This document shows positions 1-8,680 of a stretch of DNA of 39,308 nucleotides, one piece after another. Source of the DNA: Shigella phage ESh9; sequence record ON528722; one strand, given 5' to 3'. Numbering within the stretch: the stretch's first letter is position 1; each line of letters begins with the position of its first letter. Position numbers and translations under genes: made by a program. The notes beneath the pieces are model-generated. The model was not told where the DNA came from and did not search any database. It was given only the letters and a program-made list of their open reading frames with translations.

Positions 1-732
1 GGAAACAGCGGCACGGTCAGCAGAGTCTTTAGCCTCATTCCGGTATGACATGGAGTGAAGCGCGTAGGTTCGTGATGATTCTAGATTTGGCTCCACAGCG
101 GTTTCCTTAACGGCCCACTGTTTTGATAACTCAGCAGACCCAGCAGAAGAGCTTGCAGAGCTTGCAGATGCGTTCGCAGAGTTGTTCGCATCGTTTGCAC
201 GAGCGGTCGCACGGTCAGCTTCCTGTTTCGCTCGATTCGCAGAGTTCAACGCAGAGTCGTTCCACCGTTGGATTTGACCTAAGTTGATTGCGTCACCTAC
301 ATCTTGCGCATCCGCAACGTTCACAATACGACGACCACGAGCATCCAAGTTCCCATCATTGTTAACGCCAATTGTATCAGCGGTAAGGTCACGGGCTTCC
401 TCAGCAACGTGAAGGGTCTGAACCTGAGATATGTTCAAATCATATGCCCGCAGGATAGAGCCGTCGGTAAAGTCAACCAGACGGTCTGTAGCGGAGGTGA
501 ATCGCCTGATTTCAATCAAAGTATATCCGTCCGCTGGCCCCAATGCTCTCGTTGTAGAGATTGTGGTCTTAGTCGCAAAACGATAGTCTTGATTCAAGAT
601 GAGTTCCTTTCGGTCAACGCCGATAAGTGTCACTCGGACGAACTTACGAGCCAGATACTCAAACGGAATATTGAAGTCCGTAGTGGAGCCATCCAGCGGG
701 TAAGTCATCACGGTCTTAATAGTTGTAGCCAT
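1..732 (-). CDS. 17: Tail fiber gp17, N-terminal part (ATG at 732; continues in frame into 38091..39308 if the window is circular)
   Basis: SD GGAGGT then ATG at 732; translation MATTIKTVMTYPLDGSTTDFNIPFEYLARKF... matches the recalled T7/T3 gp17 N-terminal anchor; no stop before position 1. Confidence 0.85.
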   Translation of the reverse strand, partial: MATTIKTVMTYPLDGSTTDFNIPFEYLARKFVRVTLIGVDRKELILNQDYRFATKTTISTTRALGPADGYTLIEIRRFTSATDRLVDFTDGSILRAYDLNISQVQTLHVAEEARDLTADTIGVNNDGNLDARGRRIVNVADAQDVGDAINLGQIQRWNDSALNSANRAKQEADRATARANDANNSANASASSASSSAGSAELSKQWAVKETAVEPNLESSRTYALHSMSYRNEAKDSADRAAVS

Positions 733-785
733 GTGACCTCCTTTGTAAATTAGCATTAAGAGAGAAGAGGCCAGAATGTGACCTC

Positions 786-808
786 TCTCCCTTTAGTGAG
801 GGTTTATT
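786..808 (-). promoter_or_regulatory. T3-type phage RNAP promoter upstream of gene 17 (one-mismatch variant)
   Basis: Reverse complement reads AATAAACCCTCACTAAAGGGAGA; overlaps the gene 16 stop. Confidence 0.7.
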
Positions 809-3800
809 GGCGAGGGCGTGTTGCATCATCCTTAATCTTGATGCCCTGCTCTTCGAAGATGTGCATAATCAACTGTTGTGTCAGCGGGTCATTGGGGACA
901 AGCTCACGCATGGAGTTGAACACACCAGTACGGAACTCTACCTCACTCTGCTTACCATCAGAGCTAAGTAGCGTAGAGGCATTCATGGCGGTAGACCCAA
1001 TGTTCCCAACTAGTCCTACAGCTGGTACTTGGTTGGATATCGCCCCTACTATGTTACCCGCAACCTCCTTACCAGTCCAAGCCTTGTTGCGGTCACGTTC
1101 GGTCTTTTCCTTTGGTAACACCGTTGAGCGGGTGTACTGGTAGGTATCATTACCGAACAAGCCACCAATCATATCATAGACAGACAGTGGGGAACCAAGG
1201 TGTGAACTTCTGGATAATGACGCGTGGGCAATCATTTTAGGGTCAAGAGCATTCTTGAGGTACTCCTTACGCTTGTGCTCCTGTAGGCCGTAAGCCTTCA
1301 AGTGCGCCTGAGCAACATAGTAACCACCAGCCAGACCCATAGAGATGATTGCAGTCAGCGCAGAATCGATAGCCCTGTTGTTCTTAGTTGCGTCATAGAA
1401 CAACCTAACGAAGCGCGAGTTAAGAGACTTGATTACGAAGTTCTTAAACTGCATCACCATCTTGACAGCCGCTCCGTAAGCCTTGGTGTCCTGTGAGGAA
1501 ACCTTATGCGGCCTAAGGATAGTCTCATCAGCAACCTTATCAGCCAGACGCCATAAGTCCATAGTCCGTGGGTCATTAGCAAAAGCCTGTTTGTCCCGGA
1601 TTGTAAACTTACCATCAGCATCACGAGTAGCGTGGTCACGGAACAACTGCTTTATTCCCTTCCACTGCTCAGGTGACACAGAGGCAGACTTAAGGTAATT
1701 CGCTTTACCGAACTTAGAGCCTTTCCCAGCGAGCGCTGCCCCAGCCACATCACCCAGTACACCCTGTCTGGCAGCATCGATGATGTAGTTAGAGGTTCCA
1801 TTAAGCAGCATCGTCCAAGGTGAACGCGCAGACAATTCCTGAGTGCCGAAGCGAATAGTCCCAACCACATTAGCCACCACTGCGTTAGTGTCAGTAGACT
1901 CCCGAAGGCGACGTATATGGTCTTCACGCCCCGGACGGATAAGCTGGTCTAGTTCCTTCCCGAACACCATACCATGAATCTCCTTAATCTCAGAGCCACT
2001 CAATGGCCTACTCCTGCTTACCCAATCGTTAAGCAGTGGGATTCCATGAAGTACCGCAGAGGTGTTTCCTTTACTCAACATAGCAGCAACCTCTGTGAAG
2101 TTCTGGAACGGCATGTAGAAGTTCTTAGCGAAGAAAGCCAAGTCAGTCATGGAGCGAAGAATCGTACCGAAAGCTCCCTCTGGGTTCATGCGGGCACGAC
2201 CAGTCAGAATCTTCACGGTGTCCTTGAGTGCTTCGACTTCACCTTTCAGTGAGCCGTTACCCTCAGACTGCTTGTCCAGCGCCATGATTTCATCTTTCAG
2301 TTCCTTCGTCGTCTTACCCGAACCACCCATGATAGCCACGTCACCATCAACTCGACGGTCATAAGCAGGAAGAATGTCAGCCATATCGTAGGTACGCAGG
2401 TCGTTCACAGAGAACGTGCTACCATCCGGGAGAGTCACAGCCATGTCGCTGTCGAACATGTTACGGGCCTCCAAGAAGTTATTGTTCTCGATGCCAACCA
2501 GACCCTCAAGGTTTTCATCAATGATAGAGGATGCAGTGAATTGGTCAGTGTGCGATATACCGTAGGCTTTATCCATGGCGTACTTCTCAGCCATCTGACG
2601 CAGCATCGCCTCTTCGTCTACCTTAGGTTCCACCTTCTCACCAGTGCCAAACTTCTGACGCTCTGAGGGCTTCGCTGGGGCAGAGTCATAGGCTTTACGG
2701 AATGCACGACCATCTGGTGTGCGAACACCACCAACAGTCTCATCCGTACCGCGATACACGTAGTCAGGACTCTCGGTCTCCGCAATGCGATACATCTCGG
2801 TTGCGATACCCTTACGGCGGTACTTCTCGGACACTTCCAGGCTCGGGTTCTGCCACACATCGCCGTCACGTTTAGCGAACTCTACGCTACCCACATGCTC
2901 ACCTTTCTTAGTGAACACGTCGACTGCGAACTCAGCGCCTTCAGCCGTCTTCGCGGTATAGTACACAAAGTCACCATCCACCTTGTACGGAGTCTCGCCT
3001 GAGTAGTCACGCTTACCTGCGAAGTAGTCACCCTGTAGCTCACCATTGGTGACCTTTGTGACACTAGCGGAGTTACCGCCAGTGACTAGGGAGTCAGGCA
3101 TGGCAGGAGTCGCCTCAGAGCCACGCAGGAAGTTCTCAGCGTCCGCAGCAGCTTGTGCTCCTTTGGTTGCCTTCTCGAACTCGTCAGCGTGAAGCTCTCG
3201 GAGGTACTCATCGACTCTCGCCTTGACTTCTGGACGAGCGCGGTAAGATGTAAGCCACGACTCTGCAATTGCCCGTTGTAGTCCCTCGTTACCGTAGCGA
3301 CTCACCATGTACAACTTTATAGCTCGGTCATATACATTAGGCACGTAGGTTCCGTTATGGCGTGAGCCGGGGAATATGCTACGAGCTTTGACGTTCCCGA
3401 AGATAGCAGGGTTTTCCATGAGTTCGCGCTTGAGGTCGAAGTGTTGTTTCAGGATATCCATCACCTTACGTTCTCCCTTTGTGAGTCCTGATTGTAGCTC
3501 TGGTCTCTCAATCGCTAAGGCAGCACGCTTATAGATTTCCTGTCGTACTTCCTTACGGCTCATCTTCACACCACCTGTAGAGAACTCAGGGTCTTTCATT
3601 GCAGTACGCACAGCATCATAAAGCTGATTGTAGGTGCGCTGATTGTTCGCGTGGAGCCGCTCCTTAATGTCAGAAGCAGTAGCACCGAACTTACCGGAAG
3701 TCCCTGACTCCATGCCAGTTGGAGAACGCACAAGGTCACTCGCAATGGAGCGAACAGTCGGGTTCTCAGAGCGGAGAGTCTTCAAGCCAATCTCAGTGAA

Positions 3801-5333
3801 ACCACCCAAAGAGATACCACGAGCGGCACGCTCAGGGTTGACCTCCTCGAACTCGCTAAGAGTCTGAGGGTTCAGCGGGTTGGTGTCGCTAAGGATTTGA
3901 CCTTGAGGCAACACAACGGCACCCGGCTCAGTTTCAAGTGGAGAATAGTTCACCCCGGCATGTTCCCCATCAAAGGAGCGACCATCTGTTGGCATACGTG
4001 TTAAGTCCTCGCCACCAGCTTGAAAGGCAGACTCACGCGCCTCCAGTCGAGTAGCAATGCGGTCGAAGTCGTTACTAACTTGACCAGCGCGAACACGGCC
4101 CAAGGCTGCACTCACACCATCAGCTATTGCGCTCATCCCGGCCCCGAACATAAGACCACCAAGGATTGCATCTTGATAGTGCGCCTCACCACCAGCAACG
4201 GATGTACGAACAGCTTCTGAAACTGCGCTCAAGGCTGCACTTTGGGCACCAACAACGAACGCCTTGTTTACCACCTTGAGACCCTTTCCAGCAACACCAA
4301 CAAGCGGCACATAGCTCAATGGGTCCACACCAGCCCCAACGATTCCACCAACCAACTTCGCTCCCACGCCAGCACCTTGAGTCTTCGCAGCCATAGCCGC
4401 ATTCTCATTAGCCAGTTTAATCAGGTCATCCAAATTCTCTGGGTCTCCTCCAGTAACAACGTTGATGTAGTTTGGGTCTTTTACCTCGTTACGGATACGC
4501 TCTAATTGCTCAGTCGTCCATGTAGTGCTGTTCCATCGAGTTGGGGTAATAGCGTCCTTGAAGATGTCAAAACTATCATCAAAACGCGCAGCATTGAAGG
4601 CAACACCCAATAGCGAGTTATGAAGCTCGGCACTTGTGGTGTCCTTTATCCCGAAGAATGTTGAACGGTTTTCATATTCCTCAACGGTAGTTCCATGTTT
4701 ATCGTAGAAATCCTTAGTGAACGGTACGGCAGGGGCCTGTTGTTCCACACCCTCCAGCTTAAAGCCAGTTGATTGTGGAAGCTCAGTTCCTACCTTCCCG
4801 GCCTTACCGATTCCAGCAAAGGCGTCCTCAGCGGGAATCCCTTTAGCCTTTGGGGTTATCCCACCGAACGCCTCCAAGTCTCCCTTGCGCGGGCTGTTAG
4901 CCACATCGAGAAGTTTACGCATGTAGTTGCGACCCTCCTCGCTGATAGAGGCCCAATCGCCTCGGTCATAAGCCTGCATTTGTGGAGCGCCATTGCGTCC
5001 CTCTCCTTGGTTGTACGCTAGGGCCGCTTTGAGTTCATCCCCGTCGTATTTCCTAACGAGGTCGCTCAGGTGGCGAGCGGCTGCGTCCACAGCCAACTCA
5101 GGGTTGAATCTCTCATCGTCATCTCCCCCTGTAACCTTGAGTCCAAGCCCCGATGCCGTACCTTTAGTGAACTGCATTAGACCTAATGGCCCGGTAGGGC
5201 TTTTGGCTTTCGGATTGAAGCCAGACTCGTTGAACGCCAATTTACGAAGCAGGCCATAGGAGACCCCATGTTCATCTGCCGCTTTCTGAAATAACCCATC
5301 ATACTCAGATGGTTTCGTCTTGTCGTAGCTCAT
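804..5333 (-). CDS. 16: Internal virion (core/ejection) protein gp16 with N-terminal lytic transglycosylase domain; 1509 aa, carries an internal insertion of about 195 aa
   Basis: N-terminus MSYDKTKPSEYDGLFQKAADEHGVSYGLLRKLA...GPLGLMQFT is the T7 gp16 SLT domain; recalled T7 gp16 similarity along the whole length except aa 716-912. Confidence 0.9.
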   Translation of the reverse strand: MSYDKTKPSEYDGLFQKAADEHGVSYGLLRKLAFNESGFNPKAKSPTGPLGLMQFTKGTASGLGLKVTGGDDDERFNPELAVDAAARHLSDLVRKYDGDELKAALAYNQGEGRNGAPQMQAYDRGDWASISEEGRNYMRKLLDVANSPRKGDLEAFGGITPKAKGIPAEDAFAGIGKAGKVGTELPQSTGFKLEGVEQQAPAVPFTKDFYDKHGTTVEEYENRSTFFGIKDTTSAELHNSLLGVAFNAARFDDSFDIFKDAITPTRWNSTTWTTEQLERIRNEVKDPNYINVVTGGDPENLDDLIKLANENAAMAAKTQGAGVGAKLVGGIVGAGVDPLSYVPLVGVAGKGLKVVNKAFVVGAQSAALSAVSEAVRTSVAGGEAHYQDAILGGLMFGAGMSAIADGVSAALGRVRAGQVSNDFDRIATRLEARESAFQAGGEDLTRMPTDGRSFDGEHAGVNYSPLETEPGAVVLPQGQILSDTNPLNPQTLSEFEEVNPERAARGISLGGFTEIGLKTLRSENPTVRSIASDLVRSPTGMESGTSGKFGATASDIKERLHANNQRTYNQLYDAVRTAMKDPEFSTGGVKMSRKEVRQEIYKRAALAIERPELQSGLTKGERKVMDILKQHFDLKRELMENPAIFGNVKARSIFPGSRHNGTYVPNVYDRAIKLYMVSRYGNEGLQRAIAESWLTSYRARPEVKARVDEYLRELHADEFEKATKGAQAAADAENFLRGSEATPAMPDSLVTGGNSASVTKVTNGELQGDYFAGKRDYSGETPYKVDGDFVYYTAKTAEGAEFAVDVFTKKGEHVGSVEFAKRDGDVWQNPSLEVSEKYRRKGIATEMYRIAETESPDYVYRGTDETVGGVRTPDGRAFRKAYDSAPAKPSERQKFGTGEKVEPKVDEEAMLRQMAEKYAMDKAYGISHTDQFTASSIIDENLEGLVGIENNNFLEARNMFDSDMAVTLPDGSTFSVNDLRTYDMADILPAYDRRVDGDVAIMGGSGKTTKELKDEIMALDKQSEGNGSLKGEVEALKDTVKILTGRARMNPEGAFGTILRSMTDLAFFAKNFYMPFQNFTEVAAMLSKGNTSAVLHGIPLLNDWVSRSRPLSGSEIKEIHGMVFGKELDQLIRPGREDHIRRLRESTDTNAVVANVVGTIRFGTQELSARSPWTMLLNGTSNYIIDAARQGVLGDVAGAALAGKGSKFGKANYLKSASVSPEQWKGIKQLFRDHATRDADGKFTIRDKQAFANDPRTMDLWRLADKVADETILRPHKVSSQDTKAYGAAVKMVMQFKNFVIKSLNSRFVRLFYDATKNNRAIDSALTAIISMGLAGGYYVAQAHLKAYGLQEHKRKEYLKNALDPKMIAHASLSRSSHLGSPLSVYDMIGGLFGNDTYQYTRSTVLPKEKTERDRNKAWTGKEVAGNIVGAISNQVPAVGLVGNIGSTAMNASTLLSSDGKQSEVEFRTGVFNSMRELVPNDPLTQQLIMHIFEEQGIKIKDDATRPRQ

Positions 5334-5355
5334 GGAGCCTCCTTATGGTTTACTG

Positions 5356-7599
5356 TTAGTCTTCTTTACGCCCATAGATAAACTTAGGAACCTTTTTCCG
5401 TTTCTCTTGGACACGATTAGCTGCTTCTTTACGAGCCTTTGTTGCCGCTACGATAGGTGCTCGCTTATTGGCTTCCGCCAAGGCTTTCTTCTCAGCCGAC
5501 GCCGCCTGTTGCTCAGCATAGTTCTGATACACCTTACGAAGCAGGGTGTTATCGTAACTTATACCCAAGTTGGTAGTGGTATCGTAAATCTTGATTAAGT
5601 TACCCTGTTGGCTAACCTTAAGCTGTTTGTTTGTGACCCAAGGGTTTTGCTCTTGGTACTTCTTAACAGCTTGCTCAATGATATCCTTACCTTGCTCCCA
5701 AGATTTAGGGTCATCTGTTACCTGCATCATGTTGCGAGGGATTACACCGTAGGTTCCACCATCTACGTTATCCGAAGAGAATGTATAGGTAGTGTCCTTT
5801 AGAAATGAACTAACTGCGGCCATCGCATCCTTCGGGTTTCCTGTTAGGTACTTCTCAGAGTCGTAAATAATCTGAGCGTACTCGCGCATAGAGGCCGGAA
5901 GGTATTTCAGTTCAGGCTGCGCAGAGTTGTTCATCAGTTCGCTGAATGCCCGCTCGTCCTCAATCTGCATTTCACGCGTTTTCCCTTGGCGGGATTTGGT
6001 GGCGTTAATGAGGGCTTGCGGCTTTATCCCCTGTCGATCCAATTGGTCCATTGTGTGAAACAGCTCGGCATCGTCAGGATACAGTGCTGCGAACAATCCG
6101 GGGTCAATGTTGCGCATCTTGCGTAGGGAGTCAAGGGCTGGTGTGCTATCAGGCATCTCGCCATTGATGACGGCTGCTTTCCATTCACCGCGAGCATCCG
6201 ACACCATCTGCCCTACAGCGGTTCGGAAGGCACCATCTTTAGAGTCAGCTTGGAGGTACTGCAACTTCATGCGGTCCTTCTGCGCTTCCGTCAGGTCCAT
6301 AGCATCAATCTGCGCAAGTTTCTGGTTCGCATAGTTCACCATATCACTATGATCAAACTCACCAGTGTTCTCGTTTGTTGGCATGTCCTTGTAGTCAGTC
6401 GAAACGTACTCCCCATTGATTCGCTTCTGGAATTGCTTGTCGATGACCAAAGACTTGTTGATGGTCTTCTGTTGCTTATCCATAAGTTTAGCGGTTTCGG
6501 CGGCCTCTTGTTTGAAGCGAGTCTGCATGTGCTCTTGGGCCTCAATGAGTTGCTGGCGCTCAGGTGTGAGTTCCTCTCCCGGTTGAATCTTGTCGAGTTC
6601 CGCTTTGATTCCTTGGAGAGCCTCCCATCCCTTGCCAGTATCCTCTTGGTTCAACGCAGAGTTGATACTAAGTCGGAACTTCTCTGTTAACTTAGCATTG
6701 TTCTGAAATTGAGTATGCTGTGCTTTAACCAGCATGGCCTGCCACTGTTCGTCACCCATCAGTTCACGATAGGTAGTAGTGGCACCATTCAGAGTCACCT
6801 TACGGTTCTCAATGTTCTGCAAGAAGGCTGCACCCCCCGGACGCTGTAGCACGTCATTCAGGGACGAAGAGATAACCTGTTGAGCCTGATTGTCTGTCAT
6901 CCCGGTAACTAAAGAGTTGTCGATGTAGTTCTGGAAGAACTCACCGGACTCAGGGCTGGACAATAAGTCAGGGTCAGACAGGACACCATTGAGTTCAACC
7001 TTCGAGTTCAGGATTGCACCCTTCTGCGCTTGGTCACTCAGGAAGGTATCATGTGCCCCATACAGAGCAATGTTACGCTCGGTGATATTCGCGTTGAAAC
7101 CCTTCTGGTATTCCTCGTCCATCTCATTGATGCCGAACTGCTCTGCGAACGACTTCGATTGTTCCTGTAGGCGTGAGTGTCGATACTGCTCCAACTCTTC
7201 ACGAGTACGGAAGCGACCCTCTTTGATGGCCTGTTGAACCTCATCGTCAACGAGGAACGCAGCGTTACGCCCGGTCTTGAACTTCAAGGCTTGCATTGCG
7301 TATGGGTCATCCTGATACAGCAGTGTACCATTCTGGATAGCCTGTCGGCGTTGCTCGGGGGTCAGCTTACGGATAATCTCGTTGGAGCGCTCATCGGCTC
7401 GTTGCTTATCACGTTCATCTTTCGCCATGTACATATCGGCACCAGCCTTAGCGAATCTACTAATGGAGTCCAGAAGACTCGCTCTTGGTTGTTCAGCCTG
7501 AATGGTTGCTGCCCGGTAGTCCATACCTTTGACGCCCCGGAGTCGTTCCATACCGGGAGTCGCCATGTTGCCTAAAACACTATTTAGTTTACTAGCCAT
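5356..7599 (-). CDS. 15: Internal virion protein gp15
   Basis: 747 aa, same length and position as T7 gp15. Confidence 0.85.
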   Translation of the reverse strand: MASKLNSVLGNMATPGMERLRGVKGMDYRAATIQAEQPRASLLDSISRFAKAGADMYMAKDERDKQRADERSNEIIRKLTPEQRRQAIQNGTLLYQDDPYAMQALKFKTGRNAAFLVDDEVQQAIKEGRFRTREELEQYRHSRLQEQSKSFAEQFGINEMDEEYQKGFNANITERNIALYGAHDTFLSDQAQKGAILNSKVELNGVLSDPDLLSSPESGEFFQNYIDNSLVTGMTDNQAQQVISSSLNDVLQRPGGAAFLQNIENRKVTLNGATTTYRELMGDEQWQAMLVKAQHTQFQNNAKLTEKFRLSINSALNQEDTGKGWEALQGIKAELDKIQPGEELTPERQQLIEAQEHMQTRFKQEAAETAKLMDKQQKTINKSLVIDKQFQKRINGEYVSTDYKDMPTNENTGEFDHSDMVNYANQKLAQIDAMDLTEAQKDRMKLQYLQADSKDGAFRTAVGQMVSDARGEWKAAVINGEMPDSTPALDSLRKMRNIDPGLFAALYPDDAELFHTMDQLDRQGIKPQALINATKSRQGKTREMQIEDERAFSELMNNSAQPELKYLPASMREYAQIIYDSEKYLTGNPKDAMAAVSSFLKDTTYTFSSDNVDGGTYGVIPRNMMQVTDDPKSWEQGKDIIEQAVKKYQEQNPWVTNKQLKVSQQGNLIKIYDTTTNLGISYDNTLLRKVYQNYAEQQAASAEKKALAEANKRAPIVAATKARKEAANRVQEKRKKVPKFIYGRKED

Positions 7600-7601
7600 T
7601 A

Positions 7602-8195
7602 TTACCTCCCGGTCTTGGTTCCTTTGGCGGCACTGATAGGTGCTGCTTGGTTTCCACCTTTCTTGTCAAATCCACCAGCCGCATATTGACTTGCAGCTTC
7701 CTGACCCATAATGGACAGAGGGTCTAGTACACGCATCAGACCAGACTTACCTTTGGCCTCGCTCTTGTACATTGCATCGACTTGACTAGCTGTGGACTGA
7801 GTGCGTCCCAACTGTTGCGCAAAGATACTCGCGTAGTCTCGGCGGTAATTCTCGGTGACACTATTTGCCTCCCGAATGTAGTTGCCCTCTTCGATACGCT
7901 TGATGCGCTTCATGGACTCACCTTCGAGCATACCCTCGCCGATAGCTGCACGGATGGTTCCCATAGCCTGTACCTTCTGCATGTTACGTGTAGTCAACTC
8001 AGAGGATGCAGCTTCAAGGGCGTCCCGTTGTTCCAGCGAGGCGTTGGCATTTTGGATATTCATCTCTTTTACCATCTCAATTGCCTGTCGGCGTCCGGCT
8101 TCTGTCTGTGCCACTCGCGCCTTGTCGGCACTGTTCTGGCTACTTAGAGCTTGGGCACCAGCCATAGCAATAGGAATCGCTGCCATCCAGCACAT
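7602..8195 (-). CDS. 14: Internal virion protein gp14
   Basis: 197 aa; position between gene 13 and 15; SD GGAGGT. Confidence 0.8.
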   Translation of the reverse strand: MCWMAAIPIAMAGAQALSSQNSADKARVAQTEAGRRQAIEMVKEMNIQNANASLEQRDALEAASSELTTRNMQKVQAMGTIRAAIGEGMLEGESMKRIKRIEEGNYIREANSVTENYRRDYASIFAQQLGRTQSTASQVDAMYKSEAKGKSGLMRVLDPLSIMGQEAASQYAAGGFDKKGGNQAAPISAAKGTKTGR

Positions 8196-8197
8196 AG

Positions 8198-8608
8198 TTA
8201 CCTCCTACTGATAGTGAATAATTGGAATTGACCATCAGCGGTAAACTCATTATGGAATACCGCGCCTATGGTCTTTAGGAAACGAATGTGTGACTTATTG
8301 CCTACCCAAACGAAATTCCAAATGGACTCGTACTGGCTCAGCATCATATCACGATATTCAATGATAAGTCTACGGAACTCTAAGCGCTCCTTCAAGGTAA
8401 ACAGTGGGACGTACTTAGAGGTAAGGAACCACACTCGGTCTCCCTGATTGCCACCGATTGCCAACACAGCGTTATCGCTGAGCATTGCCACAGTGTTCTC
8501 ATCAGGAATTACCTTTGGTTCAACACCTAGTGCCTCAGCTTCCAGAATGTCCTCTATGGACGGCTGAAAGTTGTCGGCATGGATTTGTAAACACTTTGTA
8601 ATATACAT
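8198..8608 (-). CDS. 13: Internal virion protein gp13
   Basis: 136 aa ORF immediately downstream of a T3 promoter; T7-like synteny. Confidence 0.75.
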   Translation of the reverse strand: MYITKCLQIHADNFQPSIEDILEAEALGVEPKVIPDENTVAMLSDNAVLAIGGNQGDRVWFLTSKYVPLFTLKERLEFRRLIIEYRDMMLSQYESIWNFVWVGNKSHIRFLKTIGAVFHNEFTADGQFQLFTISRR

Positions 8609-8637
8609 ACTGCTTTAACCCCTCGTATCTATTAGTG

Positions 8638-8661
8638 TCTCCCTTTAGTGAGGGTTAATTC
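8638..8661 (-). promoter_or_regulatory. T3-type phage promoter (phi13)
   Basis: Exact reverse complement of AATTAACCCTCACTAAAGGGAGA. Confidence 0.8.
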
Positions 8662-8680
8662 ACCACAGGGAGACTTTAAG

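Noticed and set aside
304-753. 149-aa plus-strand ORF at the window start
   Set aside because: Antisense to the well-supported N-terminal part of tail fiber gene 17.
804-5333. gp16 considered as two adjacent genes misjoined by a frameshift
   Set aside because: One uninterrupted 1509-codon frame with T7 gp16 similarity on both sides of the inserted segment; no internal SD or start signals at the insert boundaries.
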